DNA of 42,947 nt from Candidatus Hermodarchaeum yapensis (GCA_016840405.1 JAEOSK010000023.1:1-42947); one strand, 5' to 3'. Positions 8,755 to 17,568 are shown, counted from the stretch's first letter. Made by a program: numbers and translations. The notes: generated from the sequence alone by a model not told the origin.

Positions 8755-10233
8755 TCATGAACTATTTTCTTTGGCTATTTGATCTGCAACAATTTGTGAA
8801 GATACAAGAGCCATTGGAACTCCAATTCCTGGATGAGTGTATTGTCCCGTGTAATAGAGGTTTTTCACCTTCTTACTTTTATGGCGTGGTCGAAAGAAGG
8901 CGGATTGACGAAATGTATGGGTAAGCCCCACAGCTGTGCCTTTGTAGGCATGATAATCATTGGCAAAATCGTTCAAAGCGAAGATGCGTTTAACGGTGAT
9001 TGAATCTTGAAACGATTCTCCAATTGATTCCTCCATGTGTGTGATGATTTTGGTGAAGTATTTTTCTCGAATCTGTGGTGTATCTTCAATTCCCGGAGAA
9101 ATAGGGACAGTGACAAAAATATTCTCTTTACCTTTCGGTGCCACAGACGAATCGTATCGTGAGGGACAGCAGACATAATAAGCTGGTTCGTCAGGCCATG
9201 CGGGTTGATCAAAGATTTGGTTGAAATGTTTCACCCAGTCATATTCGAGAAAGCAATTATGGTGAGTTAATTGTGGTAATTTCTGGTCGACTCCAAGATA
9301 CAGCACAAAGGCTGAAGGCGCAATGATTTTCTTTTCCCAGTATTTTGCTGAGTAAGTTTGATATTTTTTATCAAGCAATTCCATTTCAGAAAACGGATAA
9401 TCCGCATTGACAATTACTATATCGGCATCAGTTACTCCCTCAGAGGTCTGCACATGGTGTGCTTGACGATTCTTTACATCAATATGAGTGGCATCAACTT
9501 CAAATTGAAAAACCGCACCATAAGATTCGGCAAGTTTCATAATTCCTTCAGGAATCATCCCAAGGCCACCTCGAGGGTACCAGACACCAAGATTGTAATC
9601 GATATGTGAAATAATCGAGTAGAGTGCAGGAGTATTGGTTGGGTTTCCTCCGAGGAATACAATAGGATATTCTAGGATTTTTCGGGCACGATCACTTTTG
9701 AAGAATTTACGGACCCATTTGTCAATGTTACTTAAGATGTGCAATTTTTGTCCAGCTTTTATGAGCTTAGGGCTAAACATGGACCAGATACTGCTCAAAT
9801 CCTCGTACATAACACCCTCCATCATGAAAGTGTAGGTTTCTTCAGCTTTGTCCAAATATTTCTGTAATTTTTCGCCACCTTTTTCTTCAAAGCTATCAAA
9901 AGTCTTCAAATTGGGTTCTAAGTCAGCTGAAATATCGACAACATCATCTGCTCCAAAAAAGATACGATAATTTGGATCGAGTCGAATTAATTCATAATAA
10001 TCAGCTACTGATTTTTCAAATTGAGCAAAGAAATTTTCAAAGATTTCTGGCATAAGATACCAAGAGGGGCCCATATCAAAGACAAACCCCTCGGTTTTCC
10101 AAACTCGGGCACGTCCTCCAACTTCAGTGTTTCTTTCAATCACTTCTACATCGAAGCCATTTTTCGCAAGAAGCGCAGCAGCAGCTAGACCGCCTACACC
10201 AGCACCAATAATCAGAACTTTTTGGTTCTTCAT
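8755..10233 (-). CDS. crtD: Phytoene desaturase-family protein, carotenoid 3,4-desaturase by context
   Basis: GAGVGG, FDMGPSWYLMP and C-terminal GQYTHPGIGVPMALVS motifs; first gene of the crtD-lyeJ-cruF order. Confidence 0.7.
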   Translation of the reverse strand: MKNQKVLIIGAGVGGLAAAALLAKNGFDVEVIERNTEVGGRARVWKTEGFVFDMGPSWYLMPEIFENFFAQFEKSVADYYELIRLDPNYRIFFGADDVVDISADLEPNLKTFDSFEEKGGEKLQKYLDKAEETYTFMMEGVMYEDLSSIWSMFSPKLIKAGQKLHILSNIDKWVRKFFKSDRARKILEYPIVFLGGNPTNTPALYSIISHIDYNLGVWYPRGGLGMIPEGIMKLAESYGAVFQFEVDATHIDVKNRQAHHVQTSEGVTDADIVIVNADYPFSEMELLDKKYQTYSAKYWEKKIIAPSAFVLYLGVDQKLPQLTHHNCFLEYDWVKHFNQIFDQPAWPDEPAYYVCCPSRYDSSVAPKGKENIFVTVPISPGIEDTPQIREKYFTKIITHMEESIGESFQDSITVKRIFALNDFANDYHAYKGTAVGLTHTFRQSAFFRPRHKSKKVKNLYYTGQYTHPGIGVPMALVSSQIVADQIAKENSS

Positions 10234-10323
10234 GGAAAATTTTCCCCTAAAGAGACTCAATTTTTCATTTCTTGATATTTAATAATATGGTATAAATTCA
10301 TACAACGATTTTTTAATTAGTCA

Positions 10324-10343
10324 TGTCTTATAATAATAAGACA
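10324..10343. promoter_or_regulatory. Perfect 8-bp inverted repeat (TGTCTTAT-aata-ATAAGACA) in the divergent crtD/crtB promoter region; candidate operator
   Basis: Read directly; lies roughly midway between the two starts in an AT-rich spacer. Confidence 0.45.
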
Positions 10344-10436
10344 GTTATGATAGAAAGAGAGAAGCTTTTAAAAACTGAAATAGGAATTCCTTCAAAACTT
10401 AACGGCGTTTAAAAAAATATTTGGAGCTTTATTATA

Positions 10437-11375
10437 TTGCTTAGGGGAGAGAATTACCATTTAGAAGTTATCCCTACAACAATTCGTCCCAAGGAAAAGT
10501 TAAGCCAGGGTGAATTAAAACGGGCTTATAGTTATTGTTTGGGTTTATTTGGTAAACATGCAAAATCCTTTCATTTTGCTTCACGGTATCTTGAAACTGA
10601 CCAACGAAGAAGTATAGCTGCCCTTTATGCCTTTTGCCGTTTAACAGATGATTTTGTAGACGAAGTAGACATGAAGCCGAGCCAAATTGACACTGAGCTT
10701 AATGTTCTGACTGATATTGTACTTCGTTTAAGTGAAGGGGAATCCTTCAATCACCCGATTTTCCAAGCATTTGGCGATACATTAGTGAAATATCAAATTC
10801 CTGTTCAATATCTCAATGAATTAATTGAAGGCGTGAGGATGGATGTTCACCAAAAAGAACTCCAAAACCAACAAGAACTCGATCTTTACTGTTTCCGAGT
10901 TGCGTCCACTGTTGGTTTATCGATGTGCCACATATGGCGGTCTATTCACCCCGAGACACTCCAACGGGCATCCGAACTTGGCATAGCGATGCAGCAAACA
11001 AATATTCTTCGAGATATTGCTGAGGACTATGATAAGGGGCGAATCTACATACCCTTGGAAACCCGTAAAAAGTTCAGGGTGTCAGTTGCAGATTTCGAAG
11101 CCAGGCAAATTACACCGAATTTCCGATTTTTATTAAAACATGAGATTGCCAAGGCAAGAGCCAACTATGCCAGTGCAGAAATCGGTATGATGGACCTTCC
11201 TTCTGCAGCGGCTTTTACCATCAAGGTTGCATCAAGAGTATATGCAAATATCTTGAATCAAATCGAGAAGATGGACTATCAAGTGTTCAAGGCGCGAGCA
11301 GTGGTTCCTAAATGGAAGAAACTCTGGATAGCCTATCAGTGTCGCCGTGAGTACAAACGCGACCTTCGAAAATAA
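10437..11375 (+). CDS. crtB: Phytoene synthase
   Basis: HAKSFHFAS, ALYAFCRLTDDFVD, YCFRVASTVG and TNILRDIAEDYDKGRIYIP motifs; TTG start uncertain. Confidence 0.9.
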   Translation: MLRGENYHLEVIPTTIRPKEKLSQGELKRAYSYCLGLFGKHAKSFHFASRYLETDQRRSIAALYAFCRLTDDFVDEVDMKPSQIDTELNVLTDIVLRLSEGESFNHPIFQAFGDTLVKYQIPVQYLNELIEGVRMDVHQKELQNQQELDLYCFRVASTVGLSMCHIWRSIHPETLQRASELGIAMQQTNILRDIAEDYDKGRIYIPLETRKKFRVSVADFEARQITPNFRFLLKHEIAKARANYASAEIGMMDLPSAAAFTIKVASRVYANILNQIEKMDYQVFKARAVVPKWKKLWIAYQCRREYKRDLRK

Positions 11376-11426
11376 ATTTTGTACCGATTATTTGAGGCAA
11401 ATGAAAATTCCCTAAAGTGACTTAGA

Positions 11427-12935
11427 GTGACCCCAAAAAACACACAAAACATTGTCATAATAGGCGGAGGTTTTGGTGGCTTATCAGCAGCAGTACGATT
11501 GCAAGCCAATGGTTACAATGTAACAGTATTGGAAAAACGTAACCAGCTTGGAGGTCGAGCTGGACTCATTGAACGAAAAGGTTTCCGATTTGACACAGGC
11601 CCTACGATAATTACTCCACCTTCCGTAGTAGAAGATATCTTTCTCGAAGCAGGACGCGATCCCCAGGACTATGTTGAACTAGTTTCAATTCATCCGCACT
11701 ATCGCCTCCATTATGCCGATGGAACACACTTCGATATTGGCACTTTCGAAGAGGTTGCACAGCAAATTCAACAACTGAGTCCTAATGATTTGAAAGGGTA
11801 TCAGAAATGGCTCGAAATTCTTGAACCCATCTATAAACTCGGCTTCGAAAAATTCGCAAACACACCCTTTGATAGCCTTTGGAGTATGGCCAAGATTGTG
11901 CCATCAGCTATTCGTCTGAAATCTTACAAAAGTGTCTATGGACTTGTCGCTAGTTATATGAAAAACGAGAAGCTTCGTATGGCATTTTCATTTGTTCCCC
12001 TCTTTATTGGCGGAAATCCCTTCACGACAACAAGTGTTTATTCACTGATTGCCTATCTCGAAAATAAGTATGGTATGCTTTGGGTTCGGGGTGGAACCCA
12101 TCGATTCGTTGAAGCCTTAGAGAAGTTATACTTAGAACTTGGGGGAACTATCAAACTAAATTCAGAAGTGACTAAAATTGAGGTCGATGAGAAAGACCGG
12201 AGGGTCACTGGTGTATTCACCGCAAGTGGAGATCACTTTCCCACTAACATTGTTATTAGTAACGCCGATGTTGCCATGACCTACATGAAACTCATTGATA
12301 AACGATTTCGTCGGAAAAACACAGATCGCCGATTCAAAAAGGCTAATTTTAGTATGAGTTTATTCATGGTTTATTTTGGAACTAAAAAGAAATATCCAGA
12401 TATGCCGCACCACAACGTCATTTTTGGCCCTCGATATAAAGAACTTATTAAAGACATCTTTGACCGTCATATCCTCCCTGATGATTTTTCCATTTATTTG
12501 CATGTACCAACAAGGACAGATCCAGAACTTGCACCTCCTGGTTGTGAAACCTTTTATGCATGTGTTCCGGTCACGCATCAAGACTCTGGAATCGATTGGG
12601 AAGAAATGAAAGAACCGTTTAAGAATCGAATTTTGCAGTACCTGAATGACCATTATCTTCCTGATTTATTAAATAACCTTGAGGTATGTGAGGTCTTTAC
12701 CCCCCAAGATTTTGAAAAAGAGCTGAACGCTTACAAAGGAAATGCATTCCAATTACAGCCTCTTATGACTCAATCTGGATGGTTCCGACCACACAATCGT
12801 TCACGTGATATAAAGGGCTTATACATAGTTGGTGCTGGAACTCATCCAGGTGCGGGAGTGCCGAGTGTCTTACTTAGTGGAAAAATTACTTCAGAGATCA
12901 TTTTCAGCGACTATGGGAAACCATCAATTGAATAA
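11427..12935 (+). CDS. crtI: Phytoene desaturase
   Basis: IGGGFGGL, FDTGPTIIT, GGNPF, QSGWFRPHN and VGAGTHPGAGVPSV motifs. Confidence 0.9.
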   Translation: MTPKNTQNIVIIGGGFGGLSAAVRLQANGYNVTVLEKRNQLGGRAGLIERKGFRFDTGPTIITPPSVVEDIFLEAGRDPQDYVELVSIHPHYRLHYADGTHFDIGTFEEVAQQIQQLSPNDLKGYQKWLEILEPIYKLGFEKFANTPFDSLWSMAKIVPSAIRLKSYKSVYGLVASYMKNEKLRMAFSFVPLFIGGNPFTTTSVYSLIAYLENKYGMLWVRGGTHRFVEALEKLYLELGGTIKLNSEVTKIEVDEKDRRVTGVFTASGDHFPTNIVISNADVAMTYMKLIDKRFRRKNTDRRFKKANFSMSLFMVYFGTKKKYPDMPHHNVIFGPRYKELIKDIFDRHILPDDFSIYLHVPTRTDPELAPPGCETFYACVPVTHQDSGIDWEEMKEPFKNRILQYLNDHYLPDLLNNLEVCEVFTPQDFEKELNAYKGNAFQLQPLMTQSGWFRPHNRSRDIKGLYIVGAGTHPGAGVPSVLLSGKITSEIIFSDYGKPSIE

Positions 12936-12976
12936 TCTGAGAAACTACTTTTTTTCGCTAATACCCTCGACAATTA

Positions 12977-13213
12977 TTACTTGAAAAGTTCTGTTGCTAG
13001 ATCCAAAGCGGATCTCGCATCAGGAGCATAACCATCAGCCCCAATCTTCTTCCAAAGCTCTTGATCAATCATAAATGCCCTACGGCCAACGACTATTTTC
13101 AAATCTTTAATATTGTCATTCTTTCTTATCGTAGTGATGACTTTCTCTACTTCAACGACATGCAGAGGAAAAGTTACTAAAAGGGCTAACAGATTAGCAT
13201 TCTGTTTTACTTG
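12977..13213 (-). pseudogene. C-terminal remnant of a cobalamin (B12)-binding domain protein
   Basis: Manual translation: QVKQNANLLALLVTFPLHVVEVEKVITTIRKNDNIKDLKIVVGRRAFMIDQELWKKIGADGYAPDARSALDLATELFK*. An upstream TAG at 13214-13216 closes the frame; no full-length start and no ExH/DxH ligand motif. Confidence 0.75.
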
Positions 13214-13304
13214 CTATATGAAAATTCTTGAAATATCAGAACTTCTGAGTACTTTGTTGATTTAAACCTTAGAGCAAATAGCAGAAAATGATGGCGCTTC
13301 ATTA

Positions 13305-13778
13305 CTATGGTGATCCCAATGCGATAGTTTCAATTATCTCCTTTAATTTCACAATAACGAGAGGTTTCTCTGGAGAAAGAGAAGCCCAGCTATCTGTGGT
13401 TTTCAATCCATGAGCTGCAAGGAAGTTTGTGGATAATTTTTTTGCACCAACTTCAGACATTTGCCTAATCACATTAGTTCTTTCCGCAGAATCCGTTACT
13501 ATTTCCAATTCTCCACGGAATACAACAAAGCAATATTGATGTAAATCAGGTTGGTAGGATTCGATTTCAACGGCTACACGATTATCTTCCTCGATGAGCT
13601 TCATTTTCTTCCCGTAGCGTGTGAAATGAAAATAGAGGTTTCCATTGATGTAGGCATACTGAAATGGAGCCATATACGGGTATTCTTCTCCCCTGAAAGC
13701 AATTCGACAAATTACCTGTTGTTTGAGTAGCTCTTCAACTCTTTGTCGCTCCATTTTAGGCAATTTAACAATAGACAT
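13305..13778 (-). CDS. Pyridoxamine 5'-phosphate oxidase-like (NimA-type) flavin-binding protein
   Basis: CRIAF-YPYMAP-LYFH-GKKM-RVAVEI split-barrel pattern; GAGGTG upstream of ATG 13778. Confidence 0.8.
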   Translation of the reverse strand: MSIVKLPKMERQRVEELLKQQVICRIAFRGEEYPYMAPFQYAYINGNLYFHFTRYGKKMKLIEEDNRVAVEIESYQPDLHQYCFVVFRGELEIVTDSAERTNVIRQMSEVGAKKLSTNFLAAHGLKTTDSWASLSPEKPLVIVKLKEIIETIALGSP

Positions 13779-13852
13779 TAGAAACACCTCTTACATACCT
13801 GAAGAAGCCTTCCCAAATAAATGCAATACGGATTCTTAACTGGGTGGTGAAC

Positions 13853-15244
13853 ATGGAAAGAGCCTATGAAAACTCATTATTTATTTTTCGACGTGATCTA
13901 CGACTCGAGGACAATTTAGGGTTGATTAATGCACTCACCAACTCTTCGGAAGTTGTTCCATGTTTTTTCTTCGACCATAGACTACTAGCTACCAAGCAAC
14001 AGCATCATAATGCTATCCAATTTATGGTTGAAGCGCTGAAAGATTTGGATGATCAATTGACTCAGAAGAATGGCCAACTTTTTTGTTTTTCCGACTTTCC
14101 TGAAAAAAAAGTTCCAAGTTTAATTAGTTCACTTCATATTGATGCTATCTTTGTGAATCGTGATTATACCCCATTTAGTCAGCGACGAGATTCCCGGTTG
14201 AGAAAAATATGCGACCAGGCAAGTGTAGACTTTCACCAATTTGCTGATTTGCTTCTTAATGAGCCTGAAATGGTTCATAAATCGAATGCTGAACCGTATA
14301 AGGTCTTTACACCATTTTTCCAAAAAGCGGAGCAGATTCCTGTAGCGTCTTCGAAGGCGAATCCTCATCGGAATTATTCATCGCCAAAGATTTTGCGAAA
14401 AAAGATTCTCACCTCAGTTCTTAAGAAATATCAATTTCAGACCAACGAAAGGTTGCTTTTTCAAGGCAATAGATCTTCCTGCCTAAGAATACTCGAGGAT
14501 TTGAGTCCTTTTCGAGATTATGAAACCAAGCGTGATCTTCCCTTTGAGCATGGAACCACTCAACTATCACCGTATCTAAAATTTGGACTTTGTTCAATTC
14601 GAGAGGTCCATGCAGCTGTTTCGAACCAGTTAGGAGCAACACATCCTTTAATTCGACAACTATACTGGCGTGATTTCTATACTCATATTGCCTTTCATTA
14701 TTCCTATGTGTTTAAACGGGCATTCAAAGCCCGATACGAAAATCTTCAATGGAACAAGAGTAAAACACTCTTTCAAGCCTGGTGTGAAGGAAAAACTGGA
14801 TTTCCGATTGTAGATGCTGGGATGCGTCAACTCAATACGACTGGCTGGATGCATAATCGGGTTCGTATGATTGTCGCCTCATTTCTGACCAAGGATCTTC
14901 ACATAGACTGGCGTTCAGGAGAAAGGTATTTTGCTAAACATTTAGTCGACTATGATCCTGCAGTGAATAATGGAAATTGGCAATGGGCCGCTTCAACAGG
15001 TGTTGATGCACAGCCTTACTTCCGAATCTTCAATCCCTGGCGCCAACAAGAAAAATATGATTCCAACTGTGAATACATTAAACATTGGATTCCCGAATTA
15101 TCACAAGTCGAACCCAAGATAATTCACCGATGGTTTAAGCCAACAAAGTGGGATTCCCAACTCAATTACCCTAAACCCCTTGTTGATCATAAGCAAGAAA
15201 GCCAATTTTCAAAGGAACTTTTCGCGAAAACTTACTCAACTTAA
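13853..15244 (+). CDS. phrB: Deoxyribodipyrimidine (CPD) photolyase
   Basis: FRRDLRLEDN, LSPYLKFG, QLYWRDFY, GKTGFPIVDAGMRQL, WMHNRVRM, DYDPAVNNGNWQW and YFRIFNP motifs; Trp triad positions present. Confidence 0.92.
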   Translation: MERAYENSLFIFRRDLRLEDNLGLINALTNSSEVVPCFFFDHRLLATKQQHHNAIQFMVEALKDLDDQLTQKNGQLFCFSDFPEKKVPSLISSLHIDAIFVNRDYTPFSQRRDSRLRKICDQASVDFHQFADLLLNEPEMVHKSNAEPYKVFTPFFQKAEQIPVASSKANPHRNYSSPKILRKKILTSVLKKYQFQTNERLLFQGNRSSCLRILEDLSPFRDYETKRDLPFEHGTTQLSPYLKFGLCSIREVHAAVSNQLGATHPLIRQLYWRDFYTHIAFHYSYVFKRAFKARYENLQWNKSKTLFQAWCEGKTGFPIVDAGMRQLNTTGWMHNRVRMIVASFLTKDLHIDWRSGERYFAKHLVDYDPAVNNGNWQWAASTGVDAQPYFRIFNPWRQQEKYDSNCEYIKHWIPELSQVEPKIIHRWFKPTKWDSQLNYPKPLVDHKQESQFSKELFAKTYST

Positions 15245-15703
15245 TTACTGTGTGTACTTACTGATGGGTCCCCAATTTTCAATACAGTCATTTTCTGGTT
15301 TCTTTGTACAAAAATGAATTAAAACAGGTGATTCATCCAATTCTTGTTCTTTGTCAAAGAATTCACGATCCCCATAACGGATAGCTTCTAAAACGAGGTC
15401 TAATTCCCGGCGAAAAATAGCTTCTCGAAAGCTTCGAGAGCCAAGTCCGCGAACAACCTGACAATAAACATGAAGAGCAGTACCATCTTCATCTATAGTC
15501 AATTCAGCAAGAACCTCATCCCGCATGAGTCGGGTGTACAAACCCTTGATTTGTTTGTAGTCGTAATCAGAGCCTATAGTGAGAAAAAGATTTCCCGTCC
15601 TATCTGAATGAGTAAGGGTATATCGACGGGGGAATTTTTGATTATTGGGTGATAGTGAATCGAGATAGCGAACTTTCAGTTTTTCAGGTCTCAATCTTGC
15701 CAT
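15245..15703 (-). CDS. Staygreen (SGR) family protein, Mg-dechelatase homolog
   Basis: PRRYTLTHSDRTGNLFLTIG, MRDEVLAE, LHVYC, IFRRELDLVLEAIRYGD and ENWG motifs. Confidence 0.9.
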   Translation of the reverse strand: MARLRPEKLKVRYLDSLSPNNQKFPRRYTLTHSDRTGNLFLTIGSDYDYKQIKGLYTRLMRDEVLAELTIDEDGTALHVYCQVVRGLGSRSFREAIFRRELDLVLEAIRYGDREFFDKEQELDESPVLIHFCTKKPENDCIENWGPISKYTQ

Positions 15704-15728
15704 TTAAAACCCCAACACATGAAGTTCC

Positions 15729-16184
15729 TTAGAGTTTTAATTCATCAATCTTTGATATAATTTCATCAACGTGCCCTGGGACTCGAACCTTTGGCCATAC
15801 AAAGCGAATTATTCCTTCACGATCTATGAGAAACGTTGATCGTTGGGCAGAACCGGTTTCAGGTTTAAGCACATCGTAAAGTTTGACTACTTTTAGTTCC
15901 TTATCTGCGATTAGAGGAAACTGTAATGCATTTTTCGCTTTGAAACCAGATTGTCGTTTGACACTATCGGTGCTTACCCCAACGACTTTCACACCCATTC
16001 CTGTTAGACGAATCATATTATCACGAAAAGAGCATGCTTCCTTTGTACAACTTGGAGTACCCGCACGTGGATAGAAGTATAACACAATGATATTTCCACG
16101 AAGATCACTTAGTGTTAGTTCTGATCCATCATCGATAGGAGCGGTAAAATCAGGGGCATTTTGTCCTATTTCTGGTAAAGCCAT
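15729..16184 (-). CDS. bcp: Peroxiredoxin, BCP/PrxQ family
   Basis: VLYFYPRAGTPSCTKEACSFRD (CxxxxC) and RSTFLID motifs. Confidence 0.9.
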   Translation of the reverse strand: MALPEIGQNAPDFTAPIDDGSELTLSDLRGNIIVLYFYPRAGTPSCTKEACSFRDNMIRLTGMGVKVVGVSTDSVKRQSGFKAKNALQFPLIADKELKVVKLYDVLKPETGSAQRSTFLIDREGIIRFVWPKVRVPGHVDEIISKIDELKL

Positions 16185-16282
16185 TTGTATCACCTCATTT
16201 AATTTTCAAGCCAATCTATGGTATTTAGAAGAGACAAGAAATGAGGGAAAAAACCCCTCATTTGATTGTAATTACTAGAATC

Positions 16283-16684
16283 CTAATTGGGCAAAATCAC
16301 TTTATCAATGACGTGGATCACGCCGTTCTCAGCTTCAATGTCAGCTTTGATAACGTGGGCATCATCGACTTTAACACCGTCCGAGGTGTCAATATGGATA
16401 CTTTGGCCCTGGACCGTTTTTATTTCGCCTTTGCTGATGACGTCTTCGGCCTTGTATTTTCCTGCTACAACGTGGTAGAGGAGAATCGCTTTCAGCTTTT
16501 CCGTGTCTTTTAGAAGAGCTTCGACCGTACCCTCTGGGAGCGCATTAAAGGCATCATCAGTTGGGGCGAACACAGTAAAGGGTCCATCACTCGACAAGGT
16601 TTCGGCTAATCCAGCCGCGGTAGCAGCCGTTAATAGAGTATTAAACTGGCCTGCATCTTTTGCAATTTTTACAATATTTTCCAT
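16283..16684 (-). CDS. Single-domain fasciclin (FAS1) protein without signal peptide
   Basis: [19 protein letters not shown] and [11 protein letters not shown] motifs. Confidence 0.92.
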   Translation of the reverse strand: MENIVKIAKDAGQFNTLLTAATAAGLAETLSSDGPFTVFAPTDDAFNALPEGTVEALLKDTEKLKAILLYHVVAGKYKAEDVISKGEIKTVQGQSIHIDTSDGVKVDDAHVIKADIEAENGVIHVIDKVILPN

Positions 16685-16929
16685 GTTTCATCAATCCTTG
16701 AATTTATGGACCCGGGGATGATTGTATTCAATCATTCTCGGAATTAACACTGTTAAGATTCTAAGCAGTATATAAATATTATCCTTAATTAAAAAATTAT
16801 CTAAGTAAATAGTACAAGTCATTGATTACTATAAAATCCCCCCTAACCAGTCAAAACGCACTAAATTGAAAGGTGGTAATTCCACCAGCACAAGTCACCA
16901 GTGATTAGGAAATGATTTAATCCAACAAA

Positions 16930-17568
16930 TCATGCCTTTTTTACCCGGAAAAGGATGATAAGTCCGTAGATGAGTTTTGTGATTACATCTAAAGCAGCGT
17001 AGAGTATTGCGGCGATGAATGTCGTAATGAGACCGAACCCTGTTGGTGCAAGGAGGAATACTAGTGGGAAGAGTGACCAGAAGATTATAATGAACCACAT
17101 AAGTTGTGAATTCATTCCTTCTCTTGGAACACCTTTGAATAAGGTGATGAGTAGAGCGATATAGGCAATGGAACTGAAAGCGAAAAACCACCACCGTTCG
17201 ATGCCTGTAATAAAAGCGGCCAGAAATCCACAGAACATCACGAGCATCGTCAGGATAGGAATTTTCGCAAGGGCGACTGGTTGTGTATGTCTCAGAACAA
17301 CTGCAACCGACACGGTTAGTAAACTACAGCTAGCCATGTAAAAGAGCCATCGGCTCCAATAAATTGGTTCACCAAAAATTGATGTGACTGTCAGGAAACC
17401 AAGTGCCATCAGAACATACGAAATTGTGGTAACGAAGGCAACTATGATATCAACGAACGAAAGGAATTCATCGGCTCCAGATCGAAACGAAAGCAATGAA
17501 AACATTATTGAAGAAATGCCAAAGATTGCAGCCATAATCCAAAAGACGAGTAATTCTTCTCCAGCCAT
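16930..17568 (-). CDS. Microbial rhodopsin, schizorhodopsin-like
   Basis: 212 aa with seven hydrophobic segments. Helix C YWSRWLFYMASCSLL, helix F WSLFPLVFLLAPTGFG, helix G LDVITK with retinal Lys198 and Asp194. Confidence 0.88.
   Translation of the reverse strand: MAGEELLVFWIMAAIFGISSIMFSLLSFRSGADEFLSFVDIIVAFVTTISYVLMALGFLTVTSIFGEPIYWSRWLFYMASCSLLTVSVAVVLRHTQPVALAKIPILTMLVMFCGFLAAFITGIERWWFFAFSSIAYIALLITLFKGVPREGMNSQLMWFIIIFWSLFPLVFLLAPTGFGLITTFIAAILYAALDVITKLIYGLIILFRVKKA

Noticed and set aside
13236-13248. Palindrome TCAGAA-c-TTCTGA
   Set aside because: Only 6-bp arms, not in an obvious promoter, and expected by chance.
13853-15244. Cryptochrome or (6-4) photolyase
   Set aside because: It has MHNRVRM and the Asn facing flavin N5 (VNNGNWQW) and lacks the HH-LARH motif, which fits a CPD photolyase.
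16744-16886. Short inverted repeats TTAACA-c-TGTTAA (16744-16756) and GGTGG-taatt-CCACC (16872-16886)
   Set aside because: Too short to support, and they do not match the crt spacer palindrome.
16930-17568. Opsin as an outward proton pump, a heliorhodopsin or a xanthorhodopsin-type carotenoid-antenna protein
   Set aside because: There is no D85-equivalent carboxylate, helix G is DxxxK rather than the heliorhodopsin SxxxK, and the helix E fenestration position appears to be Phe129 rather than Gly.
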